The notes below the pieces were generated by a model. That model was not told the origin of the DNA. It worked only from the letters and a program-made list of their open reading frames with translations, and made no database searches. Position numbers and translations under genes: made by a program. A stretch of DNA of 64,000 nucleotides from Isurus oxyrinchus (lineage: Eukaryota), in the NCBI GenBank assembly GCA_026770705.1, contig JANJGN010000007.1, forward strand, positions 153,574,001 through 153,638,000, in the 5' to 3' direction. This document shows positions 13,081-25,094 of this stretch, one piece after another (within the stretch, counting starts at the first letter, position 1; each line of letters begins with the position of its first letter).

Positions 13081-15634
13081 TATTTTCTAATGCTGATAAT
13101 GAAGCAGAAAATAAAATGGTAATATGGCAATACTGTATATGAGAAACAAATTCAGGATACAGCAATATACTGAGGAAAAGAACTTGAGCATACAAGCAGC
13201 AGCACTTGGCAAGAACTCTGATTCATTGCAGAAGCTTGACACCACCCTTAGGGAAATTAAGTAATTTTATTACAGTTTTAACATGATTAATTTTGAGATG
13301 AAACAAAGCATTTTTGGTTTATACAAATTCAACAGTGAGCAATGAAAATATAATTCAAAGTCAGTTTTCCCTTTCCCAAAGTTAAATTAACCCATGATTT
13401 GGATTAAATAATGTTGATATCAAAATGGAACTTCAACACTAAAATATTGAATTATATAATTATTTGAATGAAAAAAAACTTTTGAATTAAGAGGTGACCT
13501 CACTGCAATTATTCTATACCAATGTGCGTATTTCTTCCAATTTTCTCCCCATCTCTCATGGATTGTTCACTCTTATCAAGGTATGGTTCACCTAGTCCCA
13601 GTAGCCTACTTGACAATGGAGGGCACCATAGCAAAGCGTGATCCAGTCCTTTCCCAACATCAATACATGTGCATTTTACTCAGTCAATCTTTTTGCAATC
13701 GTAAGGACTGTAAACCGTGGCTGATGTTCTATCCAAACCAAAAGGCACTGTTGCAGCTCATTATAGTTCATCAAACATGCAAACAAGGAATCAAAGCTGA
13801 TACCATCTGGTCTTTATGGACATACCAGAGTGCATTTATCCACTAAGATGTTGAAGACCTCTGAGCAATTATAGTTAAACTTATGATAAAAAATGGTCAT
13901 TGACTCAAAAAAATTCAAACATCTTTCAATCACTTCAGCAGCATTCCTCATCACCACCACGGGCTACCCTAATTTTCTGAGCTCCCATACTTGGTGTAAC
14001 ATAATCCACCAGTCCTCCTGAACACCTTTGACTGTAGGTACACCCTTCCCCGATACTTAATGGTTGAACCTACACAACTAAACCCCAGCTCCCCATACCT
14101 GTTCCACCCTCCTATCACTCTCCCTCAAAATGATCTGCTGCTCTCAACTTTGGGCTTCCTAATACCCGACCTCAGACTTTGCTGGTCACCTCCTCCTTCC
14201 CTCTGAGCCACACATATACCTATGCTCTGCCACTCACTCTTTCCCTTTAAATATTAGACGTTGATTCCTTTAAAAAAAACTTAGGAATTAATTACAATTT
14301 ATGCTGCTAAGAAGTCCATAATTTTTAAATACATGCACAGCTTGTTAAATATAAATATTAAATGTAATTTTGCAACGACAGATCCGTAGAAAAAAAATCA
14401 TAAAAGTATAGTTACACTGAGTAAAAATTCAATCGCAAAACAAACATGGAAGAAAAACAAACTGATATCGGGACAAACAAAATAAAAGTGATTAGAGGTG
14501 AATAGATTACTTTTAATACTTAAGCTTATGGATAACACCAACTAGTACTGAGATAACCTTGGAAACTAAGGTTAACAGAAAAATTGAGTACCAGTTCTGA
14601 CTAAAGATTTTCAAGGAAGGAAATTTTAAAAAGTGGCTGCAAATCAATATTATGGGGTATATTCCTCTCCATTCACTATTTTTTAGTAGAAAGTTAGCTT
14701 TGCGTCTACTTTTTTACTAAAAATAGCAAAGAGAAAATAAATTTGAACGTAAAGGCTATTGTTCTTCCTCATTTTATGCCTAAAATGGGAATATATTAAA
14801 TTTCAGGATCCTAACAAAATGAACACTTGTTCTCAAACCTTTGCAAAATCAATCATAGAATACAGAAAGAAGTTATCAGAGAAACACAAAGACCATTTAT
14901 GTGAAGAATGAAAGCGAAACCAATTTATTTTCTGGATAAGGAATGTTAGGTTAAGCATCACTGACATAGAACTGACTTTTATTTATGACGCAGATACAAC
15001 TACAACAATGGCACAACCACACTTTCATGTATAGTAATTAGAAAAAAAAACTAATCAAAGGCTGGTCAGTGCAATGGATTAACACACATCACTTACATTT
15101 CTAGGTTATGGATTTTAAATTGATACAAATCATAGTGGATAATATAATAGTCTCCTCTCTCTGCTGTTGTAACAGTACTACAAAAATTAATTTGCAGAGT
15201 CGCAACCAATTCATAACCACACTCCAAATACCACTGTCTTTGGTGGGCATACAAACAAAACTGGTGATCAGAGTTACTTGGCAGTTACATAGACATCTAC
15301 AATTTAGGGTCTAAATTTTGATTCAGCTGTTCTGCAGAGTTCTTGACTCTCATGTACACTGCAGATAATTTTTCCTCTTGTTCTTATGAAATCAACAAAA
15401 ACAAACAATTCAGTCTGAATTCTAAGCATTCTTGAATAGGATGTGCACCCCTCAAAGGGTGCAGTTTCCTTTCCACTTCCCAGATGACATTAAATATACA
15501 GCCATTTATTAACTCACTTCTCTTCTTCCCTCTCCCCAAATTATACCATCGAGCTAGTGGGTAAGTCCGTCTGGACTCGTCAATGCAATGTTGTACGAAT
15601 AACATGAAAGAATTCTATTTGATTTGCTTCTTAC

Positions 15635-15715
15635 CAAGTTATCAGTTTCCAGTGAATTCTTCTTCATAAGGAATGTGTTTACTACTGTACTTATGTTACT
15701 ATGTGGAAAACCTTT
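15635..15715 (-). other. NFAT5: Candidate 81-nt poison cassette exon of NFAT5
   Basis: tttccatttcccctttAG|AAAGGTTTTCCACATAG...GAAGAAGAA...AACTTG|GTAAGA; strong splice sites, purine-rich ESE-like motif, early in-frame TAG. Confidence 0.4.
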
Positions 15716-18451
15716 CTAAAGGGGAAATGGAAATGTCTGTTTTCACAGAAGAGGTCCTCCATACACACATATACACATCTTCTTTTCTTAACATCAAAAA
15801 CATAAACTGAATATATGTCATATGAAGTTCTTCTAACAGTTAAATCCTAAGATGCATGCAGTTTGTTCATGAATATGAAAACCCCAAAACCCAACTGCTA
15901 ACTTTGAAGATCTCTCTTTCCTCAAATAACAGGGATTAAGATATAATGGAAATACCAAGTGCATATTTTTTCCCTAAAATTTCCATGGCTCATTTGCAGC
16001 ATCTAGTGGTAGAAAACTAAATGAAGTGCCACAATAGTGCTGTACAAACTTGCTCTTCGGATTAAAATATGAAAATATTGACAGGTCCTTTGCCATGATG
16101 AAAACAATTCTCAAATTAAATTTTAACAAAAAATGGGTTTAGAATTTTTGTTTCTTCAAATGATATTAACTATCAATGTTTTCAAAAATTGCTTCTATGA
16201 ACTGGAAGTTATCAAATTATTTTTATGTATTTCAATTTTAAAAACAATGTTTACTTATCAATAGGAAATACCACTCCTGCCCTCAGTCGCCATCAGCTCA
16301 AAGTACAGAATTGCAGAATTTGTTCTTGAACACGTTTTATCAAATAAACAAGATTTAGGACATCTGTTGGTCTCAGACTTGCAGCATGTATTATGGGCGT
16401 TACCAATCTTGGGTTATGTTTCCAGCTTCCGTTGTTCAATAGATCCACAACTTTGTTTCCATTTGAAAGTTGGAAAACAGTCGACAAAGCAAATTAGGAA
16501 CTTTTAAAAGCTCAATTCATGTCAAGCTTCAATCACATGGAAGTAGTTACAAGCGCTGTGCTTTGTGGAATGAAATTTTGCCGAGTTTCGATTCAAGTGA
16601 TTTTGCTCTCAAACCAAGTTAAACAGTTTGCGCCAATATGAAGCCAAAACCACTTCTGTGACGGCTGTTCGCCAAGAATTTGTGGGGAAATTAAAGCTTA
16701 GAAAACATCAGAAATGCTTCATTAAATCAAGGTGTCCCAACAGCAGCACCGAATCAACTGACAAATTACAGGCTGCCTTTTAGCCCACTCCCAAGAGTGG
16801 TCCCTTTTCCCCTTCAAGTCATCCCAGACCTTGCAACTTGCCCCAAGTCTGCCTAAACACCCAACTCCACTCTACTTCCAAGATAACAGTCCACTCCTAG
16901 GTCCTGTTTGACTATCCCTTCTTGAAATCTGTCTCCTGGGATTCCCTCCTACCTTTGCATGCCAGCCTGAGCCATCTGCTTCTTTCTGGTGTCACCTTCC
17001 TAAGGTTTTTCCACTAATTTGAAAATGTTGCAGCAGGATGCTGAAAGACATTGATACTGTTTGTCTGTTGTTACAAAATGCCCTGGAATGATTCAAATTA
17101 GAAGACAGCAGACCAGGATGGATACTTGTTCTCGCTAACCTGTTTTTTCCTGCTTTGCAGGAAAAAAAAGTTTTTAAAACAGATCAATCTCCTGCAGATG
17201 GTAAAAGTAGGCAGAACTGGAAGATGCCTCCTTGGAAAGTGGAATCATTCTCTCAATTTTCTCCAAGTGCATCCACGGTTAGGTCTTATGAAATTAAATT
17301 TAGGATTACAATGATGCAGAAGAGATCATCTGTGGTTTCCATTGGAGAAATGCAACAAATTCTGCAGGCACCTTAGGATCAGAACTATGAATCTGCCTTC
17401 AAGTCTCCAAGGGCAATGATGGGAAAAGAAGAAATATATTGAAGGATGTAATGAAAGAGCGAAAAGGGTGTGGAAGACAAAGAGAGTGAGAAAGGCAAGG
17501 GGGGAATTTTGAGAGGCATGCAGTAGAAGACTTACAGAAAGGAAGACAAGGAAAGATAAAGACAAACACATACTGTAACAAGGTTTCATAAAGATACAGA
17601 CAGAAAAACTGGAAGACAAAGCAGAATAAAAAAAAGGATGATTTAGCAAAGGTAAGAGGAGTGGAAAGGAGCAAAGTATAATGTTGAGAGAAAAAGAGAT
17701 GAAACCATAAAATAAATAAAAATTGCTGCTTATTTGCCAAAAAAATCATATTCCCTTACAAATGGATAGTTCATTCAGCAATATATTGCTTAATCTTAGC
17801 TTTGAATTTTAGTTTATTAAAAGCATCTATATTTGAGGGGAAAATAAATTAGGTTAGTTGACAGAATAGCTTCAAAATTCAGACTAAGACAGATATACAA
17901 ATTGAAAATATGGATTAGAATTCAGTACCAGAAATACAAAAACATGGTACTTTTTTTAAAAATTGTGAATTATTTAGTTTCACTCTGTTATTTAAAGATG
18001 GCGTCATAGCAAGATGGAGTAAAAAAAAGACAAAAACAATCGATATGTAATGCAAAGATATTTCCCAAGAGTATGTCAATGATATCTATAAATTGTATCT
18101 TATGTCATTTACCTCCATCAAATGGTTTATGGATATTTCTGATGTAACATTAATTGGTATTTCAAATTAAGTTTAAAAAACAGCTATACCACATAAACAA
18201 GATTCGCAAGTTTGAAAAATACGGATTATATAATTGCACAGTTAAGTACTCATTAAAAAAATGCATGTTTTAGGGACCACGGTAACTTAAAGCTGTACCT
18301 GGCCATACTTCTAGCACACTGTATCCACACTCCTCTTTTCCCACACAGATAATGTTGCTGATTAGAACATTCACTGATTACATTGTGTGATTCACTGAGA
18401 ATTAGAGCAGTTCAATTGTGCCTTTGAACTACTGCCAGTACACACAGTTGT

Positions 18452-18598
18452 TGGCTTGGCCTAAATAGCCAAGTGGTTATGGTACTGGGCTTGTAACCTC
18501 AAGATCAAGAGTTCAAATCTCACAACGGCAAACTATGAAACAATGTAACTTCATCTGAATAGGAACAGATGGAAACGTGTTTGTACTTGAAAGAGTTG
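18452..18598 (+). mobile_element. Short tRNA-derived SINE-like insertion with 11-bp TSD
   Basis: A box TAGCCAAGTGG, B box GAGTTCAAATC, TGT anticodon loop, poor acceptor stem; flanked by cacacagttgt (18441-51, 18599-609). Confidence 0.75.
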
Positions 18599-18665
18599 CA
18601 CACAGTTGTCAGCAATCATATCTGAATTAAAAAAGGAAAGAGGGAAACTAAATGGAACTGCATAC

Positions 18666-18788
18666 CAGGAGCAACTGCAGCTGAAGGAGGAGATGTTGCC
18701 TCACCACCACTTTTCTGACTCATTGATGCAATACTTGTCTCACTTGTTGGAAGCTGCAGCTCTTTTGGCAGGAGGTCATACACAGATT
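18666..18788 (-). CDS. NFAT5: NFAT5 coding exon (equivalent of the human ESVYDLL... exon), 123 nt, phase 1-1
   Basis: Translates [41 protein letters not shown], close to recalled human [42 protein letters not shown]; acceptor ttttctttatAG (18789-90), donor GTATGC (18664-65). Confidence 0.95.
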
Positions 18789-18921
18789 CTATAAAGAAAA
18801 AAAAACTATTAATTGAAAATGTTAACCTAATGTTTTTCCAATCTTCACTACTAAATGTAATAACTACAGTAGCAGGGATGCACATGATACCCATGTAATG
18901 AGAAACCCGAAACACAATGGT

Positions 18922-19118
18922 AAAGGCAAAATATTGTGGCTGCTGGAAATCTGAAACAAAAACAAAAACTGCTGGAAAAAACTCAGGTCTGACAGCATCT
19001 GTGGAGAGAAAGAGAGTTAACATTTCAAGTCCATATGACTCTTCTTCAGACTCTGATTCTTCTCTGATTCTTCAGACGCTGTCAGACCTGCTGAGTTTTT
19101 CAACATTTTTTGTTTTTG
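18922..19118 (-). mobile_element. Non-autonomous Penelope-tail insertion with inverted partial copy, 13-bp TSD
   Basis: gaaacacaatggt at 18909-21 and 19119-31; inverted arms aaaaactcag..gtctgacagc / gctgtcagacctgctgagttttt. Confidence 0.85.
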
Positions 19119-20104
19119 GAAACACAATGGTTATGGACTTATAAAGTTTTATGTCAAACTATCTTTCATTAGCACACAAAGTATAGCTTGGCTACCTGTG
19201 TTGTACTACAATTGTTTTAAGTTTCAAGATTTTGCATGGGTTATCTTTTTAGCTGTAATATGAGAAATACATTTTAAGCTGAATTCAGTACATGCATAAT
19301 GTTTTCATTGGTTGCTTAATTCATGTTCACACATTAATTCATTCACTTGTCACATAACATTCTTACCATTGAATAATACTAAGCCTTTTTCAGTCTTAAA
19401 ATTTATAGTTCAGCATACTTCAACAGAATTATTCTAATTTTATTCACAATATAGCATAGAATGTGCAAAAAAAGAATGACAGGGAGCAAATAATGAGTGA
19501 TGTCAAAGCAAGATGGGCAGAAACATAAAAGGTGCACAAAAATTACTGCTTCAACATGCAACTTTCTTCACTATAATATCGAGCCCTCATTTTGATGTAA
19601 AATGTCCAGATAAAAAAATAATGGAGTGGGAAATGGGTTTTGGAGATTTTCTAATTAGAAGTGATGTTTTGAAAAGTAGTTATATCTGGTTAACTTTGTG
19701 CTCAACACACTGAGGGATATTGTTGACAGAAAATACAAGAACATTTTAATATTATTGGTACCCAGTGTCAAAATCAAATGTCAACCTTTTCATTAGTTTT
19801 CGTTCACATACCATGAATCAACCTCCCATAGGATACTTCTGAAAGAGGCAGATTAGGAGCTTCAGCAGAGATTAATACCGCCCTGCCAACTGCATGCATT
19901 ATTTATAAGCCAGCTCAAAGGGGATATTCATTGTGTTATGAACTTACTATGCGCGTTTCACATCATGGCACAAGAGGTCCATGTTTCACATGTTCTGCTT
20001 ACAGACCATTCATAATGGCTTTTAAAGTGTACTGGAAAAATTATCCCATAACAAGTAATAGCAACGTATATAATTTATCAGGCAGCTAGTCATTGTTTGA
20101 TCAA

Positions 20105-20555
20105 GTGTTAGCCTTGAGTCAGTGGCAGCACTCTCATTTCAGAGTCAGAAATTCATGGGTTCAGGTCCAGCTTCAGAGGCTGCAGCACAAAATACAAGAT
20201 GACACATAAGTACAATACAAAGTGAGTGCTGCACCGTCAGAAATGCCATCTTTCAGATTGAAGTTTCTACCCCATCTACCCTCTCAGGTGGACAAAAGCA
20301 ATCCCATCACACTATTTTGAAGAATAACAGGGGAGCTTGGCTAGTATCTTGGCCAATATTTATCCCTTGAGGAACTTCAATAAAAACTAGATTATTTGAT
20401 CATTTATCTCTTTAATATTTGTGTGAACTTGCTGTGCACAAATTAGTTGTTGAGCTTCCTTCCCTATATTACAACAGTTCGAAAGTACTGAATGTCAACT
20501 GCTTTAGGAAATCCTACAGTTGTGAAAGGGACTATATAATTGCAAGTTCTTTCAT
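20105..20555 (+). mobile_element. Deu-domain SINE (SacSINE1/AmnSINE1-like)
   Basis: tRNA-like head, Deu core (gtgctgcaccgtcagaaatgccatctttcag...ctctcaggtggac...ggccaatatttatccc) and L2-like tail. Confidence 0.8.
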
Positions 20556-20691
20556 TTCCTTTTCTACTTATTTAACCCAGTGTTCTGCCTCCAAATGAGA
20601 CAGAAACTTTGCTAATCACATCAGTACCATTAGGACAGTTCTTATCTGCCAATAATTTAGAATGACAAATCTGTGAGCATAAGTCAGAAAA

Positions 20692-21489
20692 TGGCAGGAA
20701 ATCATGATTCCTTGGCCTACATAGCTACCAGGATTCAGTGTTCCAGCTTCCCCTTCCAATGAGGGGGGGCCAAATCTTCTAGGCTCCAGATCATCAGAGA
20801 CCATACGTACGACTGAAGATGCATGCCAGGACCCTGTGGAAATCCTGACACACAGAACTTAGCGAGAAGTGCCTAGAAAATTTAAACTTCTGATGGGTAA
20901 TTCCACTGCTCTCTGGGACCCTTTGCGAATGTCTCCAACTCAGAGTTGGAGACTTTGGACAGTTCCACAGTACTTAATGTATAGTTACTCAGAAAACATT
21001 GGACAAATTAAAACATAGTCGAACACCTGGGTAACTCCACAACTGATCCCCCCCCCACCAATCATCCCTCACCGACACTGTAACCCAATCCCCCCGTTGA
21101 CCCAACCCAACTACCAACCCCCTCTAACTACCTCCCGAACCAATCTGACCATCCCCCAACTGGTCGCGCCTACTGCCCCAGAGTGACTACCGACTCACCC
21201 ACCTACCCAACTCCCATTCACTTATTCACCCACTCACTCATCCATTCAGATTCAAAGAATGGACCTTCAAACTTACCATACAGCAGCTACTGCTGTAAAA
21301 AGGGCACCTGCCCTGTCTTCCCCAACTCTACTCCTCCCCGAGGAACACTGTTTTGCACATTTCTTTAACAGCCAGGATCTGAAGATCCCAGAAAACATAC
21401 ACAGCAGTGTTTAAAGGGGAGGGGGATGGGGATCTTCAAGCACAGTAGCAATCAGCTTATCATTGTTGCTGCCTGGAAGATTCGTGCCA
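20692..21489. mobile_element. Probable MITE with short imperfect TIRs
   Basis: Ends aatggcaggaaatc / gattcgtgccatt; C-rich interior like the other MITEs in the window. Confidence 0.4.
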
Positions 21490-21959
21490 TTATTTGGTAA
21501 GATAAATACTCTCAGCCTTGTAGAAAAATATATGAGTTTTATTCACTCTAAAGGAACTACAGCATTAATAGAATCTATGCACTTGTGCTGCAAAGCTTTG
21601 AATAGCCTAATTTACTATATCATTCCCTGTTTTCTCTGAGTGGACAGCAAAAGGAAAAAGGGATACCAATAACTTGTAGCATCAGAGACTAAGAGAGAAA
21701 GGAACTGAGTTGGGCAGGACAATGAATTAACAACACGTGTGCAGGGTATGCTAGGATGCTGTAGGATCTACTCAAGTTGGGGAGGGTTGAAAGAAAAAGT
21801 AAACCCTCATGAAGCATGGGAGCACTGAGGCTCTCTATGGTGACCAGAGTGCTTCACCACAGAGGAACGTATGCTCCAATTCAAACAGCAGTACAACAGC
21901 TGATGTCAACTTTGCAGAAACTTCAGCTGCCCCTGTGCCCTGTATAATCCTTTTGACAT

Positions 21960-22655
21960 GAGGCAAGTATAGTCTGCTACTACATTTTGAAGATAATGAA
22001 CCTGGGTGTTTCTGTACATAAGTCATTAAAGGTGGCAGGACAAGTTGTGTGTGGTTAATAAAGCATACAATATCCTATACTTTTTTAATAAGGTCATAGA
22101 GCACTTAAGCAAAGAGTTATGTTGAGCTGGTGTAAGTTCTCAGTTGGCCTTAGCTTGAATATTGTGTCCAGTTCCAAGAACCACACTTTAGGAAAGGCAA
22201 TGGAGTGCATGCAGAAAAAATCCACAAGAATGGTTCCAGGGATGAGGAACTTCAGTTACGTGGATAGAGCAGAGAAAATGAGACTGTTTTCCTGGGAGTA
22301 GAGAAGGTTGAAAGGAGGTTTGATAAAGGTATTCGAAATCCTGTACAGAGTAGATAGGGAAAAAACTATGCCAACTTGTGAAAGGAGGGTGTAAATTTAG
22401 GGTAATTGGCAAAAGAAGCAATGGTGACATGAGGAAAAACATTTTCACGCATCGAGTGGTTAGGATCTGGAATGCAGTGCTCAGTGTTGTAGAGGCAGGT
22501 TCAATTGAGGCATTCAAACGGGAATTAGATTGTTATCTGAAAAAGGAAGAATGTGCAGGGTTACAGGGAGGGGGCAGGGGAATGCTAGAAGGTGAACTGC
22601 TCATTCGGAGAGTCAGTGCAGACATGGTGGGCCTCCTTTTGTGTGATTCTGTGAC
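21960..22655 (+). mobile_element. CR1 LINE 3' fragment
   Basis: ORFs 22119-22301 and 22378-22704 (MRKNIFTHRVVRIWNA...SIEAFKRELDCYLK). Confidence 0.85.
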
Positions 22656-22884
22656 AGTCTTGGGTCAGGCTGACGTCACAAACTATGCTAGCGAGAAGCT
22701 TTAATTCAAAGGAATTGATGCTATTAAGGCAAAGATCCATGAATTTGATACAAACTGCACACAAGTTGACAGGGAATTAGGATGATACTAGTCCCCTCTT
22801 GACTTAACTGCAAACCAGAACAAAGAGAAAAGAAGAAATGCCACAATGAAATGCTCCCTCCAAGGGTAGGTTACTGGAGGTTTA

Positions 22885-22953
22885 AAAACAAAAAAACTGC
22901 GGATGCTGGAAATCCAAAACAAAAACAGAATTACCTGGAAAAACTCAGCAGGT
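22885..22953 (-). mobile_element. Strongly 5'-truncated young Penelope tail with 11-bp TSD
   Basis: Near-identical to 41646-41720; ctggaggttta at 22874-84 and 22954-64. Confidence 0.85.
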
Positions 22954-23599
22954 CTGGAGGTTTAGGTTTGTATGATGGCTAATGTATTTACAAGCAACAT
23001 GGCAATTCAGGTACCACATCTATTATTTGCTCACAAAAGAAACACTCAACAAATATATATTTTGTCTTGTTCCAGTATTAGGTATACATCAGACATCACA
23101 CATCACACTTCACTTTGATGCAAAACAGCCCTTAGAGAAAAAAGCGAGTGACTGAGAAAAAGCCTTGAATTCGCATGCACCTCAGCAACTTACATATAGC
23201 TACAATTACCTGGATATGTCTGGCCTGTAGCCTTAAAAGCACATGTAGGCTAGCAACTAATCACCACAACCATGCTCTAGACACAAGACTACTTAAATGC
23301 AATGACACAGGAGATCCACTTGCCATTCTATAAATTTACAAAGCCATTGCTACCTGCAATCACTACTTAACTCTTCCTAGCTACTATTGACTGAAATTTT
23401 CAAAGAGCAGAAAAATTACACCCAATCTATAAGATTTTTGTTTAAATATATCTGTAAGGCCCTTTTTTCCCTAGGTCAGTGTACTTATCTATACACTGAT
23501 GTCAATTTTCTAGAATAAACTGGTATGAGCCTTTGGTGAAGAAAAACTGATAGTCTTCAGAATACTATTAGTGCCTTATACTACTATAAGAAAGCAGCA

Positions 23600-23745
23600 T
23601 GAGCAGCAAGTGAAAAGATTCATGAGAATGGTTCCAGGGATAAGGAACTTCAGTTACCAAGATTGACTGGAGAAGTTGGAACAGATTTCTTGGGAGAAGG
23701 GAAGGTTGAGAGGAAGTTTAACAGGTATTCAAAATTATGAGGAAT
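23600..23745 (+). mobile_element. Short CR1 ORF2 fragment
   Basis: gagaatggttccagggataaggaacttcagtta..., homologous to 22225-22345. Confidence 0.7.
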
Positions 23746-24085
23746 CTGCTTAGTGAATTATCTAAGCCAAGTTGGAAAATGCTAAGAAAGCAACAGCAAC
23801 CATTGTTACTCATGATTCATATACCTAATTCTTCTTAGAAACTACTTACTGAAGATTGCAAAAGAGAACAGAGAAATAAAATACTCTCAATTCCACATGT
23901 TTTCCCCCTGATTTATAGGTAGGGTTTCTCCATCAGTTCAATTTACTTATTTATACCTGATTCCTGGTTCACTTCAGTTAAAACTCATTCAGGATGCTTA
24001 GTATGTAATACATTTCTCATCTCCCCTCCTGTTTTCAGACCAAGGTTCAGTTCTGAAAGCAGGGATCACCAGCTATTGAAACAAT

Positions 24086-24751
24086 GGGCTGGATTTTATG
24101 GAACCCCCTGCCATAGTATGTGACGGTAGGAGGCTCGTAAAATTACAGTGTGTGGCCTTCCCATCAGCTTCCTGACCCCAAGCTGTCTCCCATTTTACAG
24201 CAGCCTGCTTACCCTTGGGCCCACCAAGGATATTAAGTGACCACTTAATGGCCACTCAAGTGACTCATTCTACTGCTATTCTACACACACAGCAGGGGGA
24301 AGCCCAGGCCAGGAGGGTAGCCCAGCAACTTTTCTGCATGGGTTGCTGTCCAGCAAGTTGGGGGGTGGGGAATCCCTTTGGGGGACCACTGTCCTGATTA
24401 GCTGTGCATTTCCAAATTTTTAACCTCACTCCACCTTTAACCCTCCCCCCTCACCAGGGTCTACCAGCCAGGCCCAGCCAATACCCTAGGCTTACCTTGA
24501 AGTCTGGCTCCATCACTTCCTCTCGTTCAGGTACTGCCTGAAGTCCCAGCTGCGGCCACTGCTCGAACCTGGCACAGCTGGAACTACAAAGCTGCTGGAC
24601 AATCGGATTGACTGTCAGCTCTCTGATAGGGGTGGAAGTCTTGACTTTAGGTAATTAACCCTGCAGGACAGCCACCATTTTGGTGGACAGCCATGCCAAG
24701 ACATTTTAGTCAGGTGCTGCAGGGAATACGGCACCCTGTAAAATCCAGTCC
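24086..24751. mobile_element. PIF/Harbinger-like MITE
   Basis: TIRs gggctggattttat / gtaaaatccagtcc, with aat on both flanks (3-bp TSD). Confidence 0.55.
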
Positions 24752-25094
24752 AATGCGTGACGGTGCTTTTTCTGGTTTAGCTTCTAAACTGTGCAAGCAA
24801 CTCTCCATAGTATGTGTGTTCTTTAGATTAATGGTGAATTTGCACCATAAAATGATATTCTCTGGTACAGCAGTGCAAGGCACTAATAGTAAACTGAAGA
24901 TCTTCAGTTTTTCTTCACCAAAGGCTCTTGCCAATTTGTTCTAGAAAATTGACATCAGTGTATAGGTAAGTACACTGATCTAGAAAAAATAGGCCTTACA
25001 GATATATTCGAACAAAAGTCTTACATATTGGGTGTATTTTTTCTGCTCTTTGAAAATTTCAATCAATAGTTGCTAGGAAGAGTTAAGTACTCCA

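Larger units (their letters stand above)
23371..25082. mobile_element. Element bounded by ~207-bp inverted repeats and TTAA on both sides (piggyBac-like non-autonomous transposon, or local inverted duplication)
   Basis: Arms 23371-23577 and 24877-25082 are reverse complements with scattered mismatches; TTAA at 23367-70 and 25083-86. Confidence 0.6.

Noticed and set aside
17326-17749. Hydrophobic ORFs suggesting a membrane protein
   Set aside because: Translation of a low-complexity purine-rich tract.
18459-18530. Functional tRNA-Thr(TGT) gene
   Set aside because: Acceptor and anticodon stems pair poorly, and it sits in a TSD-flanked insertion with an extra tail; better read as a SINE head.
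18616-19023. 135-aa ORF as a stand-alone gene
   Set aside because: Only 18666-18788 resembles NFAT5; the upstream part is intron and Penelope tail (treated as a cryptic extension finding).
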